Below are positions 40,581-50,293 of a DNA stretch of 64,000 bases, in pieces. The notes below the pieces were generated by a model that searched no databases, was not told the origin of the DNA, and worked only from the letters and a program-made list of their open reading frames with translations. Source of the DNA: Candidatus Harrisonbacteria bacterium (GTDB lineage Bacteria; Patescibacteriota; Minisyncoccia; UBA6257; 1-14-0-10-44-23). Location: NCBI GenBank assembly GCA_023255625.1, contig JAHFLF010000002.1, positions 39,734-103,733 on the forward strand, given 5' to 3'. Position numbers and translations under genes: made by a program. The stretch's first letter is position 1. Each line of letters starts with the position of its first letter.

Positions 40581-42344
40581 TTATTCCACTGTCCCTCTAA
40601 TCCTCCTGACGCCTGACGACACCGGCTCTTCTTTCGCAATTTTGAACCTTCCCACTTCAGCGGTGTGGCCAACATGCGGACCGCCACAAAACTCTTTGCT
40701 GAAACAATTATCGATTGACTCCCCCATCACATATACTTTGACCGGGTCGCCATACTTGGCTTTGAAAAAGAAAAGGGCGCCAGTTTTTTCGGCCTCTTTT
40801 TTGGGCAGCAGATGAAAAGTAACCTGCAGATCGTCGGCAACCGCCTTATTCACCAAATCCTGTGTCTTTTTTATCTCCTCTGGAGTTAATTTGCGGGGAA
40901 AGGTAAAATCAAAACGAGTGCGTTCGGCGGTGATATCTGAACCGGCCTGATGCACCTCATTACCCAAAACCTGCCGCAGCGCTGCCTGCAGCAAATGAGT
41001 TGCTGTGTGCAAACGAGTAACTTTAACTAATTCAATTTCATCTTTGGCTTTGAGCTCGCCGGTATCGAGCAACAAACCGTGTCCGCCAAATTTCTTTTCT
41101 GTACCCGCTCGGGAAATCTCCTGATGCTTCTTAAATTCCCGGTCAAAATCATGCTGCGAAATACCGCTTGTCGGCTCCGGAGCCATCTCCTTCATAAGTT
41201 CAAAATTAAGTCCGTAGGTCGAGGAGATCCCAAAAGCGCCGGCGGCATCAAGCACCGCGTGCTTTTTTAATTCAGCAAGTCCGCCAACTACCGCCTTTTC
41301 AAACTTATCCTGCTCATCACTAATAACATTGAGAATCTCCGGATTATTCAGTTCCGGGTAAATAGTACCAAATTTCTGCTGGACTACCGGCACAAGCGAG
41401 CCAAAAATATCCCCATGAATATCGGCCTTAATCTTGTGAGCCAAAACTCGCCGGATCAAACGGCGCAAAATGTATCCGGCATCTTTGTTGGCAGGACGGA
41501 CTCCATCAGCGATCAGGAATACACTTGCACGGATGTGGTCAGCAATAATGCGCTGCACTCGTTCCTCTGCTAGTGGTGCGAGCTCCCGAATCTTCGCCAT
41601 TATGCCGACGAATAGATCGGTATCATAATTACTTTGTACTCCCTGTTTGGTCATTACAACGCGCTCAAGCCCGGCGCCAGTATCAATACCTTGAATTGCG
41701 AGCGGCTTGAGCTCCTTGCCGGGTACACCTTTAAGCAGCTCGTCGCGACTACCCGGATAAAAAAACTGATTAAAAACAATATTCCAAATTTCAACATCCT
41801 TGCCTTCCGCATTCTTACAATAAATTTCAGTCGTTGGACCGCATGGGCCGGATGTACCGGTTGGCCCCCAAAACACATCCTCCATCCCTTCTTCCCGAAT
41901 ATCTTTTATGCCCAGCGATTGCCAAATTGCACGACTTTCTTCATCTTTCGGCACAGCAGCCGAACCCCGGAAAATCGTCACATACGAAATTGGCATGTTC
42001 AAATGCTGCGTAAACAGTTCATAGGCAAAGGTAATTGCTTCTTTTTTCCAGTAACCACCGAAGGAAAAATTGCCAAGCATTTCAAAAAATGTCTGGTGTG
42101 TGGCGTCGCCCGTCTCTTCAATGTCTGAAGTACGGAAAGACTTTTGAATCGAAACGGTGCTCATGCTCCCAAAATCTTTCTGCGCGTCGAGATCACCCGT
42201 AAAATAGGGCTTAAACTGCTGCATGCCCGCGGTCGTGAGTAAAACGGACGGATCACTCGGCGAAAGCGAAGAAGACTTCACAAGTGTGTGCCCGCGACTC
42301 GTAAAGTAATCAATAAACTTTTTGCGAATCTCTTCAGAGGTCAT
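40581..42344 (-). CDS. alaS: Alanine--tRNA ligase, catalytic plus editing domains only (587 aa, no C-Ala domain)
   Basis: N-terminus MTSEEIRKKFIDYFTSRGHTLVKSSSLSPSDPSVLLTTAGMQQFKPYF; editing-domain H-x3-H...CGGPHVGHTAEVGRFKI at the C-terminus, then stop. Confidence 0.9.
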   Translation of the reverse strand: MTSEEIRKKFIDYFTSRGHTLVKSSSLSPSDPSVLLTTAGMQQFKPYFTGDLDAQKDFGSMSTVSIQKSFRTSDIEETGDATHQTFFEMLGNFSFGGYWKKEAITFAYELFTQHLNMPISYVTIFRGSAAVPKDEESRAIWQSLGIKDIREEGMEDVFWGPTGTSGPCGPTTEIYCKNAEGKDVEIWNIVFNQFFYPGSRDELLKGVPGKELKPLAIQGIDTGAGLERVVMTKQGVQSNYDTDLFVGIMAKIRELAPLAEERVQRIIADHIRASVFLIADGVRPANKDAGYILRRLIRRVLAHKIKADIHGDIFGSLVPVVQQKFGTIYPELNNPEILNVISDEQDKFEKAVVGGLAELKKHAVLDAAGAFGISSTYGLNFELMKEMAPEPTSGISQHDFDREFKKHQEISRAGTEKKFGGHGLLLDTGELKAKDEIELVKVTRLHTATHLLQAALRQVLGNEVHQAGSDITAERTRFDFTFPRKLTPEEIKKTQDLVNKAVADDLQVTFHLLPKKEAEKTGALFFFKAKYGDPVKVYVMGESIDNCFSKEFCGGPHVGHTAEVGRFKIAKEEPVSSGVRRIRGTVE

Positions 42345-42436
42345 ACAGTATTCGCGAACACGCTAATAAACCTAATATGCGTATAAAAACTAACCATTAG
42401 CATATTAGCGTAAATTAGTATGTTAGTGAATACTCT

Positions 42437-43327
42437 CTAAAATGCCCTGATCAGTAGCAAATTTTTCAAATCAATCAGCTGCTGATTGCCGGCTAATTCC
42501 GGAGAGTTCAGCAAAAACAAAACCGTCTGCAGGCGCTCACCGGAACTACCGGCGGCAGAGCCGATCTGGCTTACTAGCGCCAAACCGCCCTGGATAGCAA
42601 TTCTGGTCAGGATAGCTGCGCGCTGCTCCAATAAAGTTGTAGCAACTTGATTACTGCCCTTAAAAGCCGCCTCTCTAGCGATTAGGTCAAAAACCTCTGC
42701 TGTCCGTAATTGTTCTACCGGTGCTTTTTCTGAAAGACCTTCGGTGGCAATCGAAACAAATTTTTCACTTCCTATAACCGATTCAATTTCTGCAACGGCG
42801 ACCGAACTCATCCGCTCTTTAACATCGCCCAAAACCGCCTGATGTGCGTTACTCAAATTTGACCAGCCGGTCATTTCATCGACTAGGCGCAGATTACTCA
42901 TAAATGTCGTAACAATGCCGGCCGACAGCCCCAATTTATCGCCGGCAGCTGACCAATTAAAATGCGAAAGCGTCAGCCCGTATTGATAATTCGCAAGCTG
43001 ATAATCCCGTAGCGCCTCAAGTGTCAATTTATCGTTTTTCGGACTGACCTCGTAAGTCTTTAAAAGTCGGGCTGCATATTGATTTAGCAGCAGAGTCCGA
43101 GAAGCGAGCTTGTCGTCGGCGAATGAACTTTTTATATCATCAACTACGCGCACTAACCGGAAAAATGGATTAGAGCGAACAAATGTAACCTGCTCCACAC
43201 CGAACATATCGGTAGTCGACGATCCCGGGGCCATTGGTTTAGTTTTAGCGCCAACTGGAGTAATCGCTAATACGCTAATAGCCAATAATGCTAATAGAGG
43301 AAAAAATGTTTTTTTTATCTTTTTCAT
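42437..43327 (-). CDS. Hypothetical secreted protein
   Basis: MKKIKKTFFPLLALLAISVLAITPVGA signal peptide; no known motif. Confidence 0.4.
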   Translation of the reverse strand: MKKIKKTFFPLLALLAISVLAITPVGAKTKPMAPGSSTTDMFGVEQVTFVRSNPFFRLVRVVDDIKSSFADDKLASRTLLLNQYAARLLKTYEVSPKNDKLTLEALRDYQLANYQYGLTLSHFNWSAAGDKLGLSAGIVTTFMSNLRLVDEMTGWSNLSNAHQAVLGDVKERMSSVAVAEIESVIGSEKFVSIATEGLSEKAPVEQLRTAEVFDLIAREAAFKGSNQVATTLLEQRAAILTRIAIQGGLALVSQIGSAAGSSGERLQTVLFLLNSPELAGNQQLIDLKNLLLIRAF

Positions 43328-43369
43328 AATCTTATTCGTATGATTAGAGCGTTCGTATGTTCGTGAACA

Positions 43370-44599
43370 CTAATATCCCTCCAGCATATTCGCCTTCAAA
43401 TGCCCGCGAATCCGTTGCAGCGCTTTGGCCTCGATCTGACGAATGCGCTCGCGCGTAACACCGAACTCTTTGCCAACCTCTTCCAGGGTGTGAGTAACGC
43501 CATCCTCGAGCCCAAAACGCATTTGCAAAATTTTCTGCTCGCGCTCCGCCAGATCAACCAAAATATCTTTAATCCGCTCGCGCAGTAAAGTCTGACTGGC
43601 GATTTGTGCCGGCGTCAAACTCTTGTCGTCTTTAATAAATTCAGAAAGCGTCGAGTCATCGTCGTCATCACCAACCGGCGACTCGAGCGAAACAACATCC
43701 TGGCTGATTTTCTGAATGTAATGGATTTTATCAATCGGTAGCTCCATTTCCACGGCGATCTCCTCAACGAGCGGTTCGCGCCCTAACTCCTGGGTTAGTC
43801 GGCGCTTAACTTGCGTATACTTGGAAATCGTCTCCACCATATGCACCGGAATTCTAATTGTCCGGCTCTGATCAGCCAGTGCTCGGGTAATGGCCTGACG
43901 AATCCACCAGGTGGCGTAAGTTGAAAATTTAAAACCGCGCTTGTAGTCAAACTTGTCGACGGCGCGGGAAAGACCAATATTGCCCTCCTGAATTAAGTCC
44001 AAAATACCCAAATTTGCCGAACGATTCACATAGCGCTTGGCGATAGAGACAACCAAACGCAGGTTGGCGGAGATAAACTTTTTGCGGGCCTCTTCATCGC
44101 CGGTTGCAATCTTTTTCGCCAGCTCTCGTTCATCCAGAGCTTTAAGCAGCGGCGCCTTACCGATTTCTTTCAAATACATCTGCACTGAATCCGGCATTTC
44201 TAGCTCGACATTGGTTGCCGCCACCAATTCTTTTTCGCTGACCTCTTCTTTTTCCGGTACGCTGATGAGCTGGCTAGTCTCGATTACCTTGATATTATGC
44301 TTATCTAGCGAAGCATAAACATTGTCTAAAAATGTAACATCCTGCTCAATATGCGGGAAATAACTTAAAACCTCTGTATCGGTTACATAGCCACGATCCT
44401 TTCCGCGCTCAATCAGTTCTTCAAGCTGCTGCTCGTTCAGTTCCAGCCGCTTAGCAGCTTTTGGCGGAATCTTTTTAGAATGCTTGATTGGCTTTTTAAA
44501 AACTTTCTTGGTGCTTTTAGCGGCTTTTTTCACCGCTTTCTTAGCGGATTTATGCTTCTTCACCGGCTTTTTAAAAATCTTTTTAATACTCTTAGCCAT
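43370..44599 (-). CDS. rpoD: RNA polymerase sigma-70 factor RpoD with Lys-rich N-terminal extension
   Basis: Regions 2-4 recognisable ([16 protein letters not shown]; C-terminal region 4 HTH). Confidence 0.9.
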   Translation of the reverse strand: MAKSIKKIFKKPVKKHKSAKKAVKKAAKSTKKVFKKPIKHSKKIPPKAAKRLELNEQQLEELIERGKDRGYVTDTEVLSYFPHIEQDVTFLDNVYASLDKHNIKVIETSQLISVPEKEEVSEKELVAATNVELEMPDSVQMYLKEIGKAPLLKALDERELAKKIATGDEEARKKFISANLRLVVSIAKRYVNRSANLGILDLIQEGNIGLSRAVDKFDYKRGFKFSTYATWWIRQAITRALADQSRTIRIPVHMVETISKYTQVKRRLTQELGREPLVEEIAVEMELPIDKIHYIQKISQDVVSLESPVGDDDDDSTLSEFIKDDKSLTPAQIASQTLLRERIKDILVDLAEREQKILQMRFGLEDGVTHTLEEVGKEFGVTRERIRQIEAKALQRIRGHLKANMLEGY

Positions 44600-44696
44600 A
44601 AACAGGAAAAGCCCGGAGACACTCCATTAAACCCGTCTCAAAGCTCAAGTATTAGTATACCCTACAAAAGCACTTTTGTCCACCAGATGAGTAAAA

Positions 44697-46508
44697 CTAC
44701 CCACGAGCCAGATCCCTATAATCTTCTAACAATTTTGTCAATTTTTCGGCATCTTTTGAAAGCTCCGCCTTACGGATCTCCTCTTGCAGCTCCTTCCGGC
44801 GCAAAGACGCCCCCTCTTTCGAAAGCTCGGCAAAAAGCTGCTCTGTCTCCCCTTTTCCCGGCTCAAACCCGGATTCTAAATAAATCAGGTTGACTATACC
44901 GATAAGCTCCGGAGCCAGTGCGCTATCGCTGATTTGCGTGCCGGTAACCAAATTCTGCGCTAAATATTCCAAAACCGGTTGATACGCACTGGGAAAATAC
45001 TTTTTACTATCCAGCGCCTGCTGCATAACTATTTTATCGCGCAGCGCCAGAGAGAGAATCCGCCGGACTATTCTCTCCAGCCGATTTATGGGCTGATCAA
45101 CGAAAGCCACTGCAGATTTTGGCTCCTCTACCTTTGCGCCGGCCGCCGCCGAGATCTTTACAACATTCATTTCGGCGCTAATCGCCTGCTCCGACAATCC
45201 GGTTCTTGAAGCCAGTAGCTGCAGCCAATGCTGCTGCTCAATAGGACTAGCAATTCCTTTTATTTTTTGCAGCGCCTGCCTAATCCCCTTTTTTAAAATA
45301 GCAAAGTCCCCGCCCCGGCCGCGATCAATTCCGTAATAGTTAAAATAATATTCCATTGCCGGAATTGCTTTACCAATTAATTCGGCGAAGTGGCCCGGCT
45401 TATTCTTTGCAATGTCGGCTGGATCTTTAAGTGTCGGGTCGTTTCCGACGCCTGATGGGTCGGAACCCCGACCTTGCACCGCAAGCGTCGGGGCATACAC
45501 GATCACCTTCGTATTCAAGTCATTTTGCTGCGCCAGATCAATCGTCCGCTCCGCCGCCGCCTTGCCGGCACTGTCGTTGTCAAATGAAAGCACTAAATTT
45601 TCTGCCAGCCGGCGCAGTAGCTTCAAATGCTCATCGGTCAGAGCCGTTCCAGAGGTAGCCACCACATTTTTCACTCCGTCCTGGTAAGTCATTAAAAAAT
45701 CCATCTGCCCCTCGACAAGCACCGCCTGATTCTGTTCGCGCACGCTATTTTTTGTCTTCCAAAACCCGTACAGTAACTTTGATTTCTGAAAAATCGGAGT
45801 TTCCGGCGAATTAACATATTTTCCGACCTCCGGACTTTCTTCGCCTGGTTGGACACGCCCCGTGAAACCAATTACCTTGCCGAAGTGATTATGCAAAGGA
45901 AACATAATCCGGTTTCGGAATCGGTCATAATACATCCCGCGCTCGGTTTTAAAAATAAGTCCGGCTCGTTCAATGTCGGCTGCCGAAAAACCAAGTTTGA
46001 CTAGATGCCGCATCAGATTATCGCTACCCGGCAATGCTACGCCAAGCTCAAATTCGTTGATGGTCTCTTCTTTCAACCCGCGATCTTTCAGATACGCAAG
46101 CGCGGGGTTGCCCGCTGCAGCGGGCAACCCCGCGCCCTCCCACATACTTGCCCGAAAATAATCTTTAGCAATCCGGTTAATCTCGTAAAGCACCTCATAT
46201 TTTTTCTGGTCACTCGTCCCGACTCGCTTTAACTCAACTCCGGCTCGGTCAGCCAAAACTTTCAGCGCCTCGATAAATTCAATATTTTCAAACTGCATCA
46301 AAAATGCAAAAATATCGCCGCCCTTGCCACAACCAAAACAATGCCAAATCTGCCGTTCCGGATTGACCATAAACGACGGCGACTTCTCTTTATGAAAAGG
46401 ACACAGCCCTTTCAAGTTCCGGCCAGCCGGTTTAAGCGCAACATAACCGGCGACAAAATCTTTAACATCTATTTTTTGCTTAATCGCGTCGATAGTTGGG
46501 TCGGCCAT
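44697..46508 (-). CDS. dnaG: DNA primase DnaG
   Basis: CHC2 zinc finger (GLCPFHKEKSPSFMVNPERQIWHCFGCGKGGD); TOPRIM core (VLVEGQMD). Contains two GC-rich palindromic in-frame insertions. Confidence 0.9.
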   Translation of the reverse strand: MADPTIDAIKQKIDVKDFVAGYVALKPAGRNLKGLCPFHKEKSPSFMVNPERQIWHCFGCGKGGDIFAFLMQFENIEFIEALKVLADRAGVELKRVGTSDQKKYEVLYEINRIAKDYFRASMWEGAGLPAAAGNPALAYLKDRGLKEETINEFELGVALPGSDNLMRHLVKLGFSAADIERAGLIFKTERGMYYDRFRNRIMFPLHNHFGKVIGFTGRVQPGEESPEVGKYVNSPETPIFQKSKLLYGFWKTKNSVREQNQAVLVEGQMDFLMTYQDGVKNVVATSGTALTDEHLKLLRRLAENLVLSFDNDSAGKAAAERTIDLAQQNDLNTKVIVYAPTLAVQGRGSDPSGVGNDPTLKDPADIAKNKPGHFAELIGKAIPAMEYYFNYYGIDRGRGGDFAILKKGIRQALQKIKGIASPIEQQHWLQLLASRTGLSEQAISAEMNVVKISAAAGAKVEEPKSAVAFVDQPINRLERIVRRILSLALRDKIVMQQALDSKKYFPSAYQPVLEYLAQNLVTGTQISDSALAPELIGIVNLIYLESGFEPGKGETEQLFAELSKEGASLRRKELQEEIRKAELSKDAEKLTKLLEDYRDLARG

Positions 46509-46618
46509 GCCTTTACTATATCCCTACGCGCCCGCTGGCGCAATAAAAGATTGTAAATTTATGAACCCTGCGCTATGTTGAATCTGTGACGCCTCGCGCG
46601 TCCGGAAAGGAGTCGGTC

Positions 46619-46792
46619 ATGACAAGTTTGCAGTTCTTTGGCGGGATCCTGATTCTGGTGGGAATCCTGCTCTTCCTACTCGGCTACAACCTAGTCGGTA
46701 AGAACGGGGGCGGCGTGATAGCCGGACTCTTCGGCATGCTGTCAGTTGCCTGCGCCGCAATCGGTATGGTGTTTTTCCTTGGGAGGGGCTAA
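46619..46792 (+). CDS. Small hydrophobic protein (57 aa, 2 predicted TM), GC-rich
   Basis: SD GGAAAGGAG 5 nt before the ATG at 46619. MTSLQFFGGILILVGILLFLLGYNLVGKNGGGVIAGLFGMLSVACAAIGMVFFLGRG. Confidence 0.45.
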   Translation: MTSLQFFGGILILVGILLFLLGYNLVGKNGGGVIAGLFGMLSVACAAIGMVFFLGRG

Positions 46793-46944
46793 TGAACCCC
46801 TTGCTAACGATTGCCGGCGTCATCCTGGTTCTCGCTAGTGCCGCTCGTGGCTACAGAGCGGTGTGGCAGGAGGAATACGAGGAGGCGGCTGGATACGCAT
46901 TTCTGTTCCTGGTCGGCGCCTGCTTCCTGGTGGCGGCCCGATGA
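46792..46944 (+). CDS. Small hydrophobic protein (50 aa, 2 TM), translationally coupled
   Basis: ATG overlaps the upstream stop (TAATG). MNPLLTIAGVILVLASAARGYRAVWQEEYEEAAGYAFLFLVGACFLVAAR. Confidence 0.4.
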   Translation: MNPLLTIAGVILVLASAARGYRAVWQEEYEEAAGYAFLFLVGACFLVAAR

Positions 46945-47354
46945 TGAACATCTTCGTGCTCGCACCGTTGTGCATCCTTCCCGTGCTGGTGTTCGGCCTG
47001 ATCATGATCGGGCGCGTGCGAGTTATCTTCCGAACCTGCTACCCGCCCGGGGCAGAGCGCCCACCCTGCATCGTTCGGTGGCCACGACATCGCTTCGAGG
47101 CCTGGTTCTACCTCGCTGTAGGATCAGCGCTGATAGGAACGGCGAGCGCCTGCCTCGTCGGAGTTCTGCTTCTACTCGCAGGCGTCGACCAGGTCCGGCG
47201 AGAAGAGATCTTCTGGTTCCAGAGCGCATGGTGCTGGCTGGCCGGTGGAGGCATCCTGGCGAACCTCTGCGGATTCACCACGCAGCGGTTCGATGGACTC
47301 AATCGTGATTGGACGAAATTCAAGGAGGAACAACATAAGTGCGCGACCAGCTAA
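46941..47354 (+). CDS. Small membrane protein (137 aa, 3-4 TM), translationally coupled (ATGA overlap)
   Basis: MMNIFVLAPLCILPVLVFGLIMIG... The ORF track's longer N-terminus (from 46863) is probably spurious. Confidence 0.4.
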   Translation: MMNIFVLAPLCILPVLVFGLIMIGRVRVIFRTCYPPGAERPPCIVRWPRHRFEAWFYLAVGSALIGTASACLVGVLLLLAGVDQVRREEIFWFQSAWCWLAGGGILANLCGFTTQRFDGLNRDWTKFKEEQHKCATS

Positions 47355-47376
47355 CATCACGCTCGGTCCCGCTTAG

Positions 47377-47425
47377 CTCGAACCCGTCATGCAGACTCGT
47401 CGTCCGCCCGACGGGTTCTGCATTT
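47377..47425 (+). terminator. Hairpin after the small-membrane-protein operon
   Basis: GAACCCGTC ... GACGGGTTC 9-bp stem followed by TGCATTT. Confidence 0.35.
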
Positions 47426-47516
47426 AAAGCTGCCCCTTGCACTTTTTATATATTTCTAGTATTCTATCTCTTATCTTATTCGCATTATTAGCTATCCGCG
47501 TATTAGCGATTACTCT

Positions 47517-47831
47517 ATGAAACACTGTGAAGTTTGCAAAAAGACCTCAATCATGGCCGGCACCAGAATTCTTTTGCGTGGTCACTACAACCCGACCAAC
47601 TGGAGCCGTAAGTACCCGAACCTGCAAAAATCAGTTAATCCGGCCGGCGAAAAAGTTTTTTGCTGCACCGGCTGCATCCGCACCTTTGGCAAGGTAGCAC
47701 GAATGAAAGATAAAAAAGCAAAAGCAATTGTTGCTGCAGCTGCGAAAGCCGCTGCGCCGAAGCCAGTTGCAAAGCCCGCCGCTCCAGCGAAAGTAAAGAA
47801 ACCGAAAGCCGAAAAGAAAGCGGCAAAGTAG
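47517..47831 (+). CDS. rpmB: Ribosomal protein bL28 with Lys/Ala-rich C-terminal tail
   Basis: C-x2-C...RKYPNLQK...C-x2-C pattern like bL28 (KRRFLPNLQ). Tail AAAAKAAAPKPVAKPAAPAKVKKPKAEKKAAK. Upstream TTGCAC-17-TATTCT promoter-like; downstream hairpin ATCCCT/AGGGAT with T-run at 47858-47892. Confidence 0.6.
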   Translation: MKHCEVCKKTSIMAGTRILLRGHYNPTNWSRKYPNLQKSVNPAGEKVFCCTGCIRTFGKVARMKDKKAKAIVAAAAKAAAPKPVAKPAAPAKVKKPKAEKKAAK

Positions 47832-48081
47832 TTGGAAAAAAATCAAAGTAAATAATCAAAATCCCTTTGCCAGACGGCGAGGGATTTTTGAATGCTGCAG
47901 AATACTAAATATCACTTATTATTACGGCCGTGATAATAAGTGATATTTGAATAAAAAATAATTTTAGAAAAAATATTTTTGTTGCGGCCAACCCGTCAAT
48001 AAGCTATTCTGTAGTCAAAACTTAAATTAAAACAGCTTGTCTAACTAATTGAATTCGCGCTGACAAGTCGTAGGCAGATAA

Positions 48082-48152
48082 CGGGATGTGGTGTAGTGGT
48101 AGCACGCGTGGCTGGGGGTCATGCAGTCCGGGTCCGATTCCCGGCATCCCGA
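48082..48152 (+). tRNA. tRNA-Pro (anticodon GGG)
   Basis: Hand-folded: acceptor CGGGATG/CATCCCG, D-arm GTGT-AGTGGTA-GCAC, anticodon stem CGTGG/TCATG (2 G-U) with loop CTGGGGG, T-arm CCGGG-TCCGATT-CCCGG, discriminator A. The GC-rich island starts immediately 3'. Confidence 0.75.
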
Positions 48153-48414
48153 CCTTTAAATAAATTATGACGGGTAAATATATGGCAGACTCAGTTTCGG
48201 CTGATCCCTTCAGGGTTGTCAGCTTTTCGGCTACCTGCTATGTTGGGGTAGCGAGCCAGAAGCTCTGGCTTCTGTCCTCGCTACCCCGTCGTGCAGAATA
48301 GGCAAAAAGCTGCACAACGCGGTGTAAAGATACTTTTGAGACGGGTTCTGGAGTAAGATAAAATTTCGGTTGTTCGGCCACCGAAATTAAAGTGCCGACT
48401 TAGGGAGATTCCCG

Positions 48415-48849
48415 ATGCAGACGCATGAGCCACTTTTTTGTGTCGCTGGCGGATTTCCCGCTGCAACAATCGCCTGTTTCGGTCCGACCGCGACGGCACA
48501 TTTCGTCGAGATGACCGCAGTAGAGGCGGTCGGCTGGATCCGCGCCAAGGACACGGCAACACTGAAGCTCCTTTGGCGATACGGCCCAGAGGAGTCGCTG
48601 CTTCGTGAATTCATGGCTGGTCAAGGCCTGGCCGACCTGCTCAAGGGACGCGATCGCCCAGACCGTCTGAACGGCAGCCGCTTCGAACGGCTCGAGGCGA
48701 TCATCGTCTTTCGCACCGAAAGCGGGGCTGTCCGTATTCGTCTGTTGACAATGGAGCCAACCTGTCCCCTCGACTCTGAAGAAGAGCCGACGGTCGAGGT
48801 TCAACTGCCACCAGAGGAGATCGCTGACATCAACCAACTCGGCGAGTGA
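48415..48849 (+). CDS. Hypothetical protein (GC-rich island)
   Basis: GGGAG SD 8 nt before the ATG. Competing minus-strand ORFs exist in this high-GC stretch, so the frame choice is tentative. Confidence 0.3.
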   Translation: MQTHEPLFCVAGGFPAATIACFGPTATAHFVEMTAVEAVGWIRAKDTATLKLLWRYGPEESLLREFMAGQGLADLLKGRDRPDRLNGSRFERLEAIIVFRTESGAVRIRLLTMEPTCPLDSEEEPTVEVQLPPEEIADINQLGE

Positions 48850-48964
48850 GTAACCTCGCCAACCGCACCAGGGGCCCCGACGCAAATGCGCTCGGGGCCC
48901 TCGGACTATTCGGTCTCAACGCATAAGCTCCGAAGTCCCGCCAAGATGAGATATAATCGGCTAA

Positions 48965-49033
48965 CCCCCAAACTTTTCCCCAAGATGAGCAGGGATACCT
49001 TTTACTGCTCCCTTTGGGGAAAAGTTTGGGGGG
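48965..49033. repeat. Core-conserved palindromic element, copy 1 (+ orientation)
   Basis: Arm ccccaaacttttcccc, core CAAGATGAGCAGGGATACCTTTTACTGCTCCCTTTGG, arm ggggaaaagtttgggg; the arms are exact reverse complements. Confidence 0.6.
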
Positions 49034-49038
49034 CCGGC

Positions 49039-49103
49039 AACCAAAAATTCCCGCCATAGGGAGCAGTAAATCCTATCTGCTCATCTTGACGGGAATTTTG
49101 GGA
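49039..49103. repeat. Core-conserved palindromic element, copy 2 (- orientation, variant core), convergent with copy 1
   Basis: Arms ccaaaaattcccg / cgggaattttgg; core variant CCATAGGGAGCAGTAAATCCTATCTGCTCATCTTG. Confidence 0.55.
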
Positions 49104-49264
49104 TTGCGCTTTTATTAAAAGACTATTTTTGTTTTTTATATTTCTAAATTAAAATCTTAAAAATCACAAAGGGCCGGACGAAGATCGTCACGGCCCTTGT
49201 GCTGTTGCGAGGACACTTACTTCGGGCGGTCCTCGACTTTGCCCGTTGAGCTTGCGCTCCATGT

Positions 49265-49873
49265 CTACCTCCTCCGTCGCGACTGCGACGGGATCTCGTA
49301 GCCGCCGTAGCGGCTGCGAGGCAGGTTCACGCCTGCCGAGCGGTGGGTCCATGTCCCGCCGCCGTTGCCGCTGTTGTACCCGCCGACATATGCCGGCTGA
49401 TACAGCGGCGTAGAAGCCGACGACGCCCCGATCGCGACGCCGGTCGCATATGACTGCGACTGCGTCGTCGGCTGGGAGTCCGGCGGCTCCCATCCGGCCT
49501 CGATGAGGAGCTTCCTCATCTCGTCCGGCGAAACGCCCCCCAGCCCCGTCGTCGCGGCCGCGCTGACCGCAGCCGCGTTGGCAGGCGTCGGCGTCGCGGA
49601 GTGGGCGCGAATCCATTCCTTGATCAAGGAAGGCGGACCGTTGAACTGGTCTCCTCCCTCCTTGATCAATCGCCTCGTGCCGTCGGGGTCGGTCGAGTTC
49701 GTCGACCCCTCCGAGGAATGCCGCGTGAACTCCACGGATTCCTCGGGCTCGTCCGACTCGACGATCTGAACGAACGTCTGCCGGACCTCTTCCATCGGAT
49801 TCACGGCCCGACACCCCGTCGCGACACCCAGTGTCGTCGCGATGACACACAGAACGATGAGGGGGTTCCTCAT
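49265..49873 (-). CDS. Putative lipoprotein (GC-rich island)
   Basis: Likely start MRNPLIVLCVIATTLGVATGC (lipobox ATGC) with GGAGG SD. Ser/Thr/Gly-rich mature region. Confidence 0.5.
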   Translation of the reverse strand: MRNPLIVLCVIATTLGVATGCRAVNPMEEVRQTFVQIVESDEPEESVEFTRHSSEGSTNSTDPDGTRRLIKEGGDQFNGPPSLIKEWIRAHSATPTPANAAAVSAAATTGLGGVSPDEMRKLLIEAGWEPPDSQPTTQSQSYATGVAIGASSASTPLYQPAYVGGYNSGNGGGTWTHRSAGVNLPRSRYGGYEIPSQSRRRR

Positions 49874-49930
49874 GTTCGTCTCCTTCCGGCCCGTAGGCCT
49901 CCCCAACTGCACTATGCGTTGGTGGAATAT

Positions 49931-49959
49931 ATTATACACCTATTGTATCAAAATGTCAA
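49931..49959 (-). promoter_or_regulatory. Consensus sigma70 promoter TTGACA-17-TATAAT driving the 49265..49873 gene
   Basis: Minus-strand read: tttgacattttgatacaataggtgtataat. -35 region motif ttgacattttgat shared with the other three island promoters. Confidence 0.55.
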
Positions 49960-50000
49960 ATCTAACACCAGCGAATTCAGCAAGTAAGTAAAAGTCCCGA

Positions 50001-50070
50001 GCCCCTAAACTTCCCGCCAAAGGGAGCAGTAAAAGGTATCCCTGCTCATCTTGGCGAGAAGTTTAGGGGC
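50001..50070. repeat. Core-conserved palindromic element, copy 3 (- orientation)
   Basis: Arms gcccctaaacttc / gaagtttaggggc flank the exact complement of the copy-1 core. Confidence 0.6.
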
Positions 50071-50085
50071 TCATTTTATTCATAA

Positions 50086-50292
50086 AAATGAAAAGAGCCG
50101 AGTACCAGTGAAGGTATCCTCGGACTCTTTTCGCTACCGGTATTTCTCGGGTCTTCCTGCCCGCGTTCCCACCGGTAGGAACAACTCTCACTGGAACGAA
50201 CTTTCACCTCTCAATCTGGGAATACTCCTTTTCTTCAGCTACTCTCAACCAGATTCCCCTTTGGTTGAGTGGCTGTGGCGCGAAGTTGCGCC
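50086..50292 (-). repeat. 207-bp duplicated element, copy 1, starting 1-2 nt after a stop codon and ending in a hairpin plus U-run
   Basis: About 99% identical to 52250..52456. On the transcribed strand it begins with a GGCGC-AACTTC-GCGCC hairpin, contains CTCAACCA/TGGTTGAG and GTTCC-TACCGGTGG-GAAC hairpins, and ends GAGTCCGAGGATACC..GGTACTCGGCTC + TTTT. The ORF-track proteins 50051..51097 and 52221..52619 on the plus strand just translate it. Confidence 0.6.
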
Positions 50293-50293
50293 G

